Source: Alphaproteobacteria bacterium
Lineage (GTDB): Bacteria; Pseudomonadota; Alphaproteobacteria; JAWKYA01
DNA: 64,000 nt
Direction of reading: 5' to 3'
Assembly (NCBI GenBank): GCA_041396725.1
Contig: JAWKYA010000003.1
Coordinates: 13,323-77,322, forward strand
Each line of letters opens with the position of its first letter. The stretch's first letter is position 1. The notes under the pieces were generated by a model that worked only from the letters and a program-made list of their open reading frames with translations, ran no database searches and was not told the origin of the DNA. Below are positions 34,088-42,746 of this stretch, one piece after another. The position numbers were made by a program, and so were the translations under genes.

Positions 34088-34149
34088 CTTTTTGTCCTTT
34101 ACTCGATTCCTATATCGTTACTGTTCTTTTGTAATTAATAATGACTCGG

Positions 34150-34404
34150 TTACGGTGACGCTAGTGTGCAACCGATATGAGGTTTAACAACGCGCTCTTC
34201 TGAAGCGGGATGTTTTTCGAGTTTATTGGCCGGGCGTATGGGCCGTGGCACAAGATTCCCCGAACAATTCGGACATATGCCTCGAAAGGCTCCTTCTGCG
34301 CAGTCTCGGCAAAATGTGCATTCATATGAACAAATGAAGGCATCCGGACTATGAGCCGGTAAATTACGATCGCAACATTCGCAATTGGGGCGAAGCGCTA
34401 ACAT
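34150..34404 (-). CDS. DUF1272-family small Cys-rich (zinc-ribbon-like) protein.
   Basis: The sequence MLALRPNCECCDRNLP...ICSYECTFCRDCAEGAFRGICPNCSGNLVPRPIRP matches the DUF1272 pattern as I recall it. Confidence 0.65.
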   Translation of the reverse strand: MLALRPNCECCDRNLPAHSPDAFICSYECTFCRDCAEGAFRGICPNCSGNLVPRPIRPANKLEKHPASEERVVKPHIGCTLASP

Positions 34405-34484
34405 TTAATCTCTCCCTTTATATATTTTATATTTTCATCATTCCTATCATTTAAGAGCACTATTCCACCTATACTCCACCGAGC

Positions 34485-34569
34485 TGGTGCGGGCGAAGGG
34501 ACTCGAACCCCCACGGATTGCTCCACTGGAACCTAAATCCAGCGCGTCTACCAGTTCCGCCACGCCCGC
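34485..34569 (-). tRNA. tRNA-Leu (TAG), long variable arm.
   Basis: Hand-folded: acceptor GCGGGCG/CGCCCGC, anticodon stem CTGGA/TCCAG, loop TTTAGGT, encoded CCA. It is 85 nt. Confidence 0.9.
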
Positions 34570-34953
34570 ATTCCATCCTCGCGCTTCCAGCCTTTATGGT
34601 GGGCATGGCTTGAGGTAAGGCCCGCGCCCTTCTAACGCCAAAGCCGTATAGGAACAAGGGGCAAGACATCAAGATGAGAGTCTTGTCCCTTCCCTTGTCT
34701 CCCGATTTTCAGGGCAACCCTCGGAATATAGAGGGAAAATCTAATATCGCGATTACGCGATTTTACCCCTTTATTTATAAAGACTCTCTCTATCAGGCCC
34801 CGCCCTATGGAATCCGATAGGCGCGACACTCTCCTCAATAATCTCCGATCCCGTTATCGCGGCAATGGTTCGTCTCGCACATGCATCGCCCTATTGAGCT
34901 TTTGAATACAAAACGCTCTCGCAATAAACCCTTTATCGAAAAATTCTCTGCTC

Positions 34954-34987
34954 TAGATCTATACGTCTTATAGATCTATACGTCTTA
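34954..34987 (+). repeat. Perfect 17-bp tandem duplication (TAGATCTATACGTCTTA x2).
   Basis: Read directly: 34954..34970 is identical to 34971..34987. It lies in an AT-rich 690-bp stretch with no recognised gene. Confidence 0.9.
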
Positions 34988-35257
34988 TAAGAGATAGAAC
35001 GCCTTATATCTGAATATCTGAGAGATGAATGTGGAAAAATTCGAAGAATATATAAAGATCATACATTCTTGATGACGATACTATCAATTTCCTCATCCTA
35101 TTATTGAAAATACATATGTCTGCAGAGATTGATTCTTACAACACCGCACTTAATCAGGAAGTTTTCTTTCTTTCCCAGGAATTTATATAGGGGAACTTAT
35201 CTTTCTTCTGAACGTTTATCTATTGCTCCTGAAATCATTTTTAAGGAAGGAAGCAAG

Positions 35258-35548
35258 ATGCCAAATAATCAACCGCCAAATCAACAAGGTCAGAACAAAC
35301 CATATAGCCAAAACGCTCCGAGCAACCGTGGCACAGAGGCGAATCGAAATCCCTCAAACCAACGGCCAGCGCAAGGCAATGACCTAAGCGGTGATCGGGC
35401 GCGCGTTGCTGAGCGCAATGAGCGCAATAATAACGATGTCGGCAAAGATACCGATGGCGACAATCGTCCAGTAAAACCAGGCCACAAGCCGGGTGAAATT
35501 GATGGTGACCGTCAACGACATCAAAATGAGCGCACTCAGCGCCGCTAA
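35258..35548 (+). CDS. Small hydrophilic low-complexity protein (96 aa), hypothetical.
   Basis: An AAGGAAGGAAG Shine-Dalgarno lies 5-15 nt upstream of the ATG at 35258. The protein MPNNQPPNQQGQNKPYSQNAPSN... is rich in N, Q, R and D. A terminator hairpin follows. Confidence 0.45.
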   Translation: MPNNQPPNQQGQNKPYSQNAPSNRGTEANRNPSNQRPAQGNDLSGDRARVAERNERNNNDVGKDTDGDNRPVKPGHKPGEIDGDRQRHQNERTQRR

Positions 35549-35580
35549 ATAAATAATCAAAAACTATATATGCAAACACT

Positions 35581-35604
35581 GAAGCCCACCAATTGGTGGG
35601 CTTC
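35581..35604. terminator. Bidirectional terminator hairpin.
   Basis: gaagcccacc-aatt-ggtgggcttc is a perfect 10-bp stem between convergent genes. Confidence 0.65.
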
Positions 35605-35638
35605 CTTATATGAGCACTTCAGAATGCCATCACAACGT

Positions 35639-36853
35639 CTATGCCGCCTTACGATCTGGGCTTGGCTCTCCATACTTGCGACGCTTAAAACGAAAAGTCT
35701 TACCGTTCTTTTGTTTGTGACTTCTATTGGTCTTGCCCGCCCGCGGCTTACCCTTATCAGAGGTTGCGGCCTTAGGATTGAGTAGGCGAAGAATGGCCTT
35801 CCACTTTGGAGCATCCGCCGGCGCAACAAGACTGATAGCTTGTCCTTCTGCTCCAGCGCGCCCGGTACGGCCAATGCGATGGATATAATCTTCAGGGCAT
35901 TGGGGTAAATCATAGTTGATCACATGAGCAACATGAGAAATATCGAGACCACGCGCCGCGATATCTGTGGCCACCAAGATGCGGCTTTTACGGCTACGGA
36001 AGGCACGAATGACCCGCTCCCGTTTGTTTTGCGAGAGATCGCCATGGATAGCTTCCGCCAGATGATCTTGGCGCGAGAGTTTATCGGCCAGACGGTCAGC
36101 GCCCCATTTTGTCTTCACAAAAACAATAATTGAGCCGTCCCGTGCCGTTAGTTCACTTAAAAGCCGTGGATATTTTTCAGCATCCGCAAGGCGCACAGTT
36201 TCCTGATGAATCTTAGCGATCGGCGCCGTCGTCGAGCCAACAGATATTCTTGCCGGAAGTTGCAAATACTTCTCTGACATTTTGATAATGTTATCGGGGA
36301 GTGTTGCCGAAAACATCAAAGTCTGCCGTTGTGCTGGTATAAACCTTACGATCTTCTCAAGCTGGATACCAAACCCCATATCGAGCATACGATCGGTTTC
36401 ATCGAGAACGAGAAAGCCTGTATCCCGCAGCATAAGATTGCCACGGTGCAAATGATCGATGACTCGTCCTGGTGTGCCAACAACCAATCGCGGTCGCGCT
36501 TTTAGCTGCTGAAATTGTTTACCCATGGATTCGCCACCAATCAGCAAAGCCGTTTTAATTGCCTTGTGGCCGTTGACCAACTTTTTCAAGGTATCCATTA
36601 CTTGGGTCGCAAGCTCACGCGTTGGTGTGAGTACCAAGGCTGAACCGCGAGGTGCATTCATAAGATGGGTAACCAAGGGAATGCCAAAGGCACCCGTCTT
36701 CCCTGTCCCAGTCTGTGCTGTTCCAAGAATATCCTTTCCTGCTAGAGCTGGTGGAATAGCCGCAGCCTGAATAGGGGTCGGGGTTGTAAATTGCATTCGT
36801 GCAAGCGCAGTGTGCAAAGCTTGGGGCAACCCCAAGGCATGAAAATCCTGCAT
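35639..36853 (-). CDS. DEAD-box ATP-dependent RNA helicase (RhlE-like).
   Basis: Q-motif FTTPTPIQ, AQTGTGKT, PTRELA, VLDETD (a DEAD variant), SAT and HRIGRTGRAG, plus a basic C-terminal tail. The start is set at MQDFHALGL. Confidence 0.9.
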   Translation of the reverse strand: MQDFHALGLPQALHTALARMQFTTPTPIQAAAIPPALAGKDILGTAQTGTGKTGAFGIPLVTHLMNAPRGSALVLTPTRELATQVMDTLKKLVNGHKAIKTALLIGGESMGKQFQQLKARPRLVVGTPGRVIDHLHRGNLMLRDTGFLVLDETDRMLDMGFGIQLEKIVRFIPAQRQTLMFSATLPDNIIKMSEKYLQLPARISVGSTTAPIAKIHQETVRLADAEKYPRLLSELTARDGSIIVFVKTKWGADRLADKLSRQDHLAEAIHGDLSQNKRERVIRAFRSRKSRILVATDIAARGLDISHVAHVINYDLPQCPEDYIHRIGRTGRAGAEGQAISLVAPADAPKWKAILRLLNPKAATSDKGKPRAGKTNRSHKQKNGKTFRFKRRKYGEPSPDRKAA

Positions 36854-36942
36854 AGGTTTCCTTTGACGGGCTAACCCGCTCTCGCGATACATACCGCAAG
36901 ACAGGACAGCCAATATTTTATCTTAAATACTGCGATAAAGCG

Positions 36943-36966
36943 GCAGCCCAAGACTTCTTGGGCTGC
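36943..36966 (-). terminator. Hairpin downstream of the cold-shock gene.
   Basis: gcagcccaag-actt-cttgggctgc lies 15 nt past the stop at 36981. Confidence 0.55.
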
Positions 36967-36980
36967 GCCAAAGACGTCTC

Positions 36981-37184
36981 TTACGAGATTTTAAGATTAA
37001 CCGCCGAGGTCTTGCCTTTTTCCGTAGCTAGTTCGTAGCTGACGCGCTGACCTTCGTTCAGCTGGCGAATTCCCGCCCGCTCCACCGCGCTGATATGAAC
37101 GAATACATCAGGGCCGCCTTGCTCGGGCTGGATAAAGCCAAAGCCTTTGGTGGGGTTAAACCATTTTACTGTACCGGTAGCCAT
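36981..37184 (-). CDS. cspA: Cold-shock protein (CspA family).
   Basis: [34 protein letters not shown] contains the RNP1/RNP2 motifs. AAGGAG lies upstream of the ATG at 37184. Confidence 0.9.
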   Translation of the reverse strand: MATGTVKWFNPTKGFGFIQPEQGGPDVFVHISAVERAGIRQLNEGQRVSYELATEKGKTSAVNLKIS

Positions 37185-37447
37185 ATTCAGTGTCTCCTTA
37201 AGACATAGCATTAGAGTTCTCGTTTCCGAGAGGTAAGAGTCATATATCCGCACCCGGACCTTTGGGCCGGCAACTCTTAGTAAAACGCTGAACGATCATC
37301 GTAAGGAGGATCAGTCTTGTATCTTATTGATACTGCTACCAAAAACACCTAGGCAGCCCGCAAGTACAAAGAGCTCATATGAACCTTGGGGGCGCATCCT
37401 ACACATTCCTACAAAGAAAGCAAGTAACCCCGTTTCTTGGTAGTGTC

Positions 37448-38290
37448 TCAGTTTGCGAGTTGTGCAATTTCTTCTAAAGACCAAACATGATCGGTAACGC
37501 CAACGGCCATGGCTGGGGTGATCCGTAAGGTCTTATGAATTCGGCCAAAATTGTAGAACATCATATGCAAGGCACCAGCGTGAGCATGGTTTTCTGCCTT
37601 CTTTGAAAAGGCATTGGTTAGGCATGTAAACCGGCGCATAGACATTCTCATGGTTAGGTTAGGTTAGGTTAGGTTGGCTCGTTCTGCATAGCTAGTTGAA
37701 ACATGCTTAGGGTCAGGGTTTCCCTATACCCGTGTCTTGCGTACGCCCGTGCATTCCGCCGAGCTATACCGCTTTTGGCCTTCAACTGTGTTGCCGTACA
37801 TCTTTACGATTACGCCATATCGATATCGCCACCGAATGCACCTTCCACGGCCTCTAAATAAGCCCTATGCCCATCACTAGTAAGCTGCACCCGATTAGCT
37901 AATCGCTTGGCTAGATCGTCCATGAAGATCATAGCAGCTTCGCTATCACGCTCACCTACATACCAGGATGGAATAAGCTTGGTACCAGCGCATATTGTGG
38001 TCCAGGTCCAGTATCGCCAAAGCCCTGAGCCTTCTGCTCAGGGGTGGCGTTCTTTCAGAAAGGGCAATCACGAAGGCTTTCGGAGGGAGGCGTGGCGGCT
38101 CTCACTGGAAGCGCATGAAGAAAAATCTGACTGGCGCCAACTTACCCATATTCCTATCTGCAAAAAACAATACAACCCATCGTTGACGATCAATATCATT
38201 TTCGTTAGCGTGCCGCGCTGTTGGCATTCCAGATACCCCACCAAGTTCCTGGATCCCATGAATAGCCTTGTCGGTGTCAAATCCATTCGA
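37448..38290 (-). mobile_element. Degraded IS1/IS1595-superfamily transposase remnant; the upstream boundary is uncertain.
   Basis: The minus strand encodes, in shifting frames, KNATPEQKAQGFGD, WTWTTICAGTKLIPSWYVGERDSEAAMIFMDDLAKRLANRVQLTSDGHRAYLEAVEGAFGGDID, KRYSSAECTGVRKTRV, GNPDPKHVSTSYAERANLT and MRMSMRRFTCLTNAFSKKAENHAHAGALHMMFYNFGRIHKTLRITPAMAVGVTDHVWSLEE. The ERxNLxxRxxxRRxxRxxxxFSK block resembles IS1 InsB. There are several stops and frameshifts, and I identified no terminal inverted repeats. Confidence 0.55.
37652..37675. repeat. Pentanucleotide microsatellite (GGTTA/TAACC, about 4.8 copies) inside the transposase remnant.
   Basis: The + strand reads ggttaggttaggttaggttaggtt. On the coding strand, AAC CTA ACC TAA CCT AAC CTA ACC ATG creates an in-frame TAA. 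Confidence 0.9.
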
Positions 38291-38352
38291 AAATACCAGC
38301 TAGGGTATAACGCAGAAACTTGTCCACACTCTCTCTGTCATCCGAGCTTTGC

Positions 38353-39272
38353 ATGCAGCCAGCAATTTCGATTACCAATCTCTCAAAAACATACGGGACG
38401 GGCTTTCAAGCTCTCAAGTGTGTCAATCTCGATATTCGCAGCGGTGAAATATTTGCACTTCTAGGACCTAATGGGGCCGGGAAGACGACACTCATCAGTA
38501 CTGTATGTGGTATCGTCACGCCTTCGGAAGGAACGGTCTCAGTCGACGGCCATGATATTATCAAGCAAGCCCGCGCGGCTCGCTCTAAGATTGATTAGTA
38601 CCGCAAGAAATAGCCACCGATGCATTTGAAAAAGTGTGGAATGCCGTATCGTTCTCCCGCGGCTTGTTTGGCCTGCGCGCTAATCCCGATTACTTGAGCC
38701 AAGTGCTCAAAGACCTTTCGTTGTGGGATAAGCGGAACAACCGCATTGTGACACTTTCAGGCGGGATGAAGCGCCGACTAATGATTGCCAAGGCGTTGGC
38801 GCACGAGCCGTCAATCTTATTTCTCGACGAGCCAACTGCCGGCGTCGATGTAGAGCTGCGTAAAGATATGTGGGAAATCTTGCGCGGCTTACGAGCAAAG
38901 GGCGTGACGATCATTCTCACAACACACTACATCGAAGAGGCCGAAAACCTTGCTGACCGGGTCTGCGTCATTAATCGAGGTGAGATCCTTTTGGTAGAGG
39001 AAAAAACCGAGCTTATGTCCAAGCTCGGCAAAAAGCAGATGAGACTGCATCTGCATGACAAGCTCAGCGAAATTCCCGGAACGCTGAGCAACTATCCGCT
39101 GACCTTGGACGCAGATGGCCGTGAACTCGTGTTCACATATGACAGTCAAAGCGAGCACGCTGGTATTAAGGCGCTGCTTGATGACCTAAGCGCCAGCGGG
39201 GTTGCGTTTACCGACTTGAGCACAAACAAAAGTTCCCTCGAAGAAATTTTCGTTGATTTGGTGAGGCGGTAA
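38353..39272 (+). pseudogene. ABC transporter ATP-binding protein (ABC-2 / YadG-like) with a 1-nt frameshift near 38593-38597.
   Basis: Walker [10 protein letters not shown] lies in the first [24 protein letters not shown] and TTHY lie in the second (38634..39272). Reading aagattg-attagtaccgcaagaaata one base out restores ...[21 protein letters not shown]. Confidence 0.8.
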
Positions 39273-39274
39273 CC

Positions 39275-40042
39275 GTGAGCTTCAATTATCGCGCTATAGG
39301 CGCCATCTTCTTGTTTGAGCTGTCTCGTTCGCGGCGGACTTTGTTGCAGAGACTATTCTCTCCGGTGATCTCAACCGCACTTTACATCATTGTTTTCGGT
39401 GCAGCCGTTGGCTCTCACATCGGCGATATCAGCGGTGTACAATATGGCGCCTACATCGTGCCAGGCTTGGTCATGCTGATTCTATTGACTCAGAGCGTTG
39501 ATCACGCGTCATTCGCAATATATTTCCCGCGCTTTACCGGAACCATTTACGAGATCCTTTCGGCGCCAGTGTCTTATATCGAACTCGTCATTGGCTACGT
39601 GGGATTTGCTGCTTGCAAAGCGGTCGTCCTCGGGCTCCTGATCCTCGCCACCGCCGCCCTCTTCGTGCCGCTGCGCATTGCGCATCCGGTATGGATGCTA
39701 GCGTTTCTGGCGTTGACCGCGATCGCATTCAGTCTGCTTGGTTTTATCATCGGACTTTGGGCAGACGGGTTTGAGAAGCTCCAGGCGATTCCTACACTCG
39801 TGATCACGCCGCTGACGTTCTTGGGCGGCACATTTTACTCTACGAGCTTGCTGCCACCGGCTTGGGAAACTGTGACCCGGTTCAATCCCATATTCTATCT
39901 AATCAGTGGGTTGCGTTGGAGCTTTTTCGAAGTCGCCGATGTCGGCGTCGGCGTGAGTCTATCTATGACTCTGCTGTTTCTCGTCCTGTGCCTCGCTGTG
40001 GTGTGGTGGATGTTCAAAACGGGTTATCGCCTTAAGGCGTAA
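39275..40042 (+). CDS. ABC-2 type transporter permease.
   Basis: 255 aa with about 6 TM helices. Its GTG start is 2 nt after the ATPase stop. Confidence 0.75.
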   Translation: MSFNYRAIGAIFLFELSRSRRTLLQRLFSPVISTALYIIVFGAAVGSHIGDISGVQYGAYIVPGLVMLILLTQSVDHASFAIYFPRFTGTIYEILSAPVSYIELVIGYVGFAACKAVVLGLLILATAALFVPLRIAHPVWMLAFLALTAIAFSLLGFIIGLWADGFEKLQAIPTLVITPLTFLGGTFYSTSLLPPAWETVTRFNPIFYLISGLRWSFFEVADVGVGVSLSMTLLFLVLCLAVVWWMFKTGYRLKA

Positions 40043-40250
40043 GGGCGTTTTGCTTTATAAGCGCTTCGTACGCGGCCCCGCGACGTATCCCTACATGGCA
40101 TTGCCTCGTCGTTAATCTTGAGCTGTGGCGATAGTCTTCGTCGCGCTGAAGCATGAAACCAAAAGCAAGCTTGACTGGCGCGATAATCTCAAGCGCTCGG
40201 TACCATCGCACTCAATATAGAATTCGCGCCATTCAGTTAGGTCATCAACA

Positions 40251-40436
40251 ATGCGCACATTGATTATCGATAACTACGACTCATTTACGCACAATCTTGT
40301 CCACTTAGTTTCGGTCGTGAACCAAGAAGTTCCGATCGTTGTACGAAATGATGAACGTGATTGGAAGGCTCTCGCAGAGCTCGATTATGATAACGCGCTT
40401 ATATCGCCCAACCTCGGCGTCTCCTCGAAGCTTTAG
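40251..40436 (+). pseudogene. N-terminal fragment of a class-I glutamine amidotransferase (TrpG/PabA-like).
   Basis: MRTLIIDNYDSFTHNLVHLV...LISP matches the first ~55 aa of anthranilate/ADC synthase component II. The catalytic GxCxGxQ region is absent in every frame before pbpC. Confidence 0.55.
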
Positions 40437-40522
40437 CGCAGGGGATCGCGATTTATGCCACGCCAGAGTCAGGCTTACCTACAGAGGCGTACATACCTCT
40501 TGCCCATTATCCTTATTAAATC

Positions 40523-42733
40523 CTACTTCACCGCAAAAAGGACTTCGGGCGTGATTTGCGCACCGACATCAGGCCGATGTACCACGGCCTTTAAGCGATA
40601 GTGCCCGCGCGCCAAATCCCAAAGGTATTTGCCTTGATCCGTTTGGGCGAGCTGAACCCCATTGACGATCCAATCGACACGATCGCCCGGTTTGACGCCA
40701 GCGATATAAAACTCGAACTTTTGCCGATCCGCGGGAATGCGAGGATCGAGCGCAATCTGCAAGCCATCGGTCGGACGCATCAAGGTTATCGTTTCAGGTG
40801 TTTGCTTTTTTTTCACACCCGGTTCCGTCCCTGCGATAAAATACTCGGTCCGCGTAAAACACGGCGCCTCAGCTTCTTCATCGGGGTTAAGGCAGATATC
40901 TTGCTGAACCAGCTTAGGGCTCAAGAACAAAGGTTTGGTTACCGTATTCCTATTCAACTGCGCAAAAATGCTGCGCAAAGCGAGAGCCGGTCCCCTTGAC
41001 CCTGTTACCCCGTCGGTGGGCGTGCGATCGAGATTCCCCATCCAAATCCCCACCGCATACCGATAGTTAAATCCCACCGCCCATGCATCATGATAATCCG
41101 TCGACGTTCCTGTCTTGGCTGCGGTCTGTACCGGAAAATTCAACAAGCTGTTACTCCCAAATTCCAGCCGTCGCGCCCACGGGTCCGAGAGAATATGGGC
41201 GATCAACGATGTGGCCTCTTCCGACAGCAAGCGCTTCGCTGGGCGCGATAGATCGTCCGCCAAGAGAAAGGTTAGGGGTTGTGCGATCCCACGATGGGCA
41301 AGAACAGCGTATCCTTGTACCAATTCGTAGAGCGTAACCTCGCCGTTCCCGAGCGCCAATCCATCGTCGTAAACCTCGGCGCCGCGATCTAAACTTGCAA
41401 AGCCAAGTTGATGCAACAAAGCAAGATAGGGCTCGGGCCCCACATGCTGAATCGTCCGCACCGCAGGGATATTGAGAGAATTCGCTAAGGCTTCGCGCAG
41501 CGTGATCTTCCCGTAAAAGGTATTGCTGTAATTTTTATAGCGGTGAAGACCCGATCCCACCGCCTCGGCCAAGGGAGAGTCTTCAAGAATAGTGGCCGGC
41601 GACCATCCTCTTTCGAGGGCCATCGCATAGAGAAACGGCTTCAAGGCCGATCCTGGTTGCCGTGGCGCCAAGACAGCGTCGATTTGATTGCCCGGCGTAT
41701 CGATATCCCCGGCTCCGGCAACAACCCAGGCCAGAATCTCACCAGTTGTATGATCGATTATCAAGGCCGCCGCATTGTTCAAGCTGTGCTTGCTCAAAGC
41801 CTTCACCCGTTCGTCAAGAATTTGTTGCACGCGGCGTTGGAGGGCGCCATCCAGTGTCGTCTGGAGAAAATGACTCCCACGTCCCATCCGTGACGGAGCG
41901 TTTTGTCGAACAAAATTGACGAAGTGTGCCGCCTGGATCGGCGCTTCGGGCGGTGACAAAATAAACTCTTGGGCTTTGATCTCGGCGGCCTCTTCCCCAT
42001 GCATCAGTCCTTCGGCAGCCAAACCTTCTGTTAGCCGGTCGATTGCCGGCGCAATCCGCTGGGGGTGACGATAAAGATCGAAGCTGGACGGCGCGCGCGC
42101 CAAGACCACCAGCGCCAGCATCTCTTTATGACTCAAGGTCGAAAGATCGCGGTTGAAATAATACCGCGCCGCCTGTACGACACCCCGCCGATTGGCCGCG
42201 TAGGGAAGCTGATTCATATAAAACTCGAGAATATCGGCCTTGGAGAAATGACGCTCGAGCTGAGCCGCTTCGAAGGTTTCAATCCATTTCGACCACACGG
42301 TCCGAGGTCGCGGATTGATCATCCGCACGACCTGCTCGGTAATGGTGCTGGCACCCCGCACGGTGTGCCCAGATTTTATATTCTGCCACAAGGCACCAAG
42401 CCGCGCGGACCAATCGCTGCCCCCATGCTGATAAAACTGTTTATCTTCGGAGAGGATAAATGCCCGCCGCAGAAAATCGGGAACCCGATAGAGAGGAAGA
42501 TTATCGTAGGTGTTCCAGCGATTCTGATAAGAAATCGTCAACGGCACCCCCGTACGGTCCACCACCTGGACCATTTGGGCATCCGAGATAATCCCACGGA
42601 GCGAGTCCCCAATCGGTTGAATATCGGCGTAGGTTTTCAGGGCAAGGGCCAACAGCGCACAGCCGCCAGCAATGGCCAGTTTTTTGCCATAACGCCTCAG
42701 CGCCCCCTGCCCTTTTTCTTGTGCAGCCGTCAT
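40523..42733 (-). CDS. pbpC: Penicillin-binding protein 1C (transglycosylase/transpeptidase).
   Basis: GT51 motifs RAFILSEDKQFYQHGG and GASTITEQ, transpeptidase SALKP (SxxK), and a C-terminal PBP1C-type domain. It lies immediately downstream of the alpha-2-macroglobulin gene. Confidence 0.85.
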   Translation of the reverse strand: MTAAQEKGQGALRRYGKKLAIAGGCALLALALKTYADIQPIGDSLRGIISDAQMVQVVDRTGVPLTISYQNRWNTYDNLPLYRVPDFLRRAFILSEDKQFYQHGGSDWSARLGALWQNIKSGHTVRGASTITEQVVRMINPRPRTVWSKWIETFEAAQLERHFSKADILEFYMNQLPYAANRRGVVQAARYYFNRDLSTLSHKEMLALVVLARAPSSFDLYRHPQRIAPAIDRLTEGLAAEGLMHGEEAAEIKAQEFILSPPEAPIQAAHFVNFVRQNAPSRMGRGSHFLQTTLDGALQRRVQQILDERVKALSKHSLNNAAALIIDHTTGEILAWVVAGAGDIDTPGNQIDAVLAPRQPGSALKPFLYAMALERGWSPATILEDSPLAEAVGSGLHRYKNYSNTFYGKITLREALANSLNIPAVRTIQHVGPEPYLALLHQLGFASLDRGAEVYDDGLALGNGEVTLYELVQGYAVLAHRGIAQPLTFLLADDLSRPAKRLLSEEATSLIAHILSDPWARRLEFGSNSLLNFPVQTAAKTGTSTDYHDAWAVGFNYRYAVGIWMGNLDRTPTDGVTGSRGPALALRSIFAQLNRNTVTKPLFLSPKLVQQDICLNPDEEAEAPCFTRTEYFIAGTEPGVKKKQTPETITLMRPTDGLQIALDPRIPADRQKFEFYIAGVKPGDRVDWIVNGVQLAQTDQGKYLWDLARGHYRLKAVVHRPDVGAQITPEVLFAVK

Positions 42734-42746
42734 CCCAACCTACACC

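Noticed and set aside
37652-37675. (TTAGG)n, identical to the arthropod telomere repeat unit.
   Set aside because: There are only about 5 copies, embedded in a bacterial transposase reading frame where one copy is part of the native codons. Slippage is the simpler explanation.
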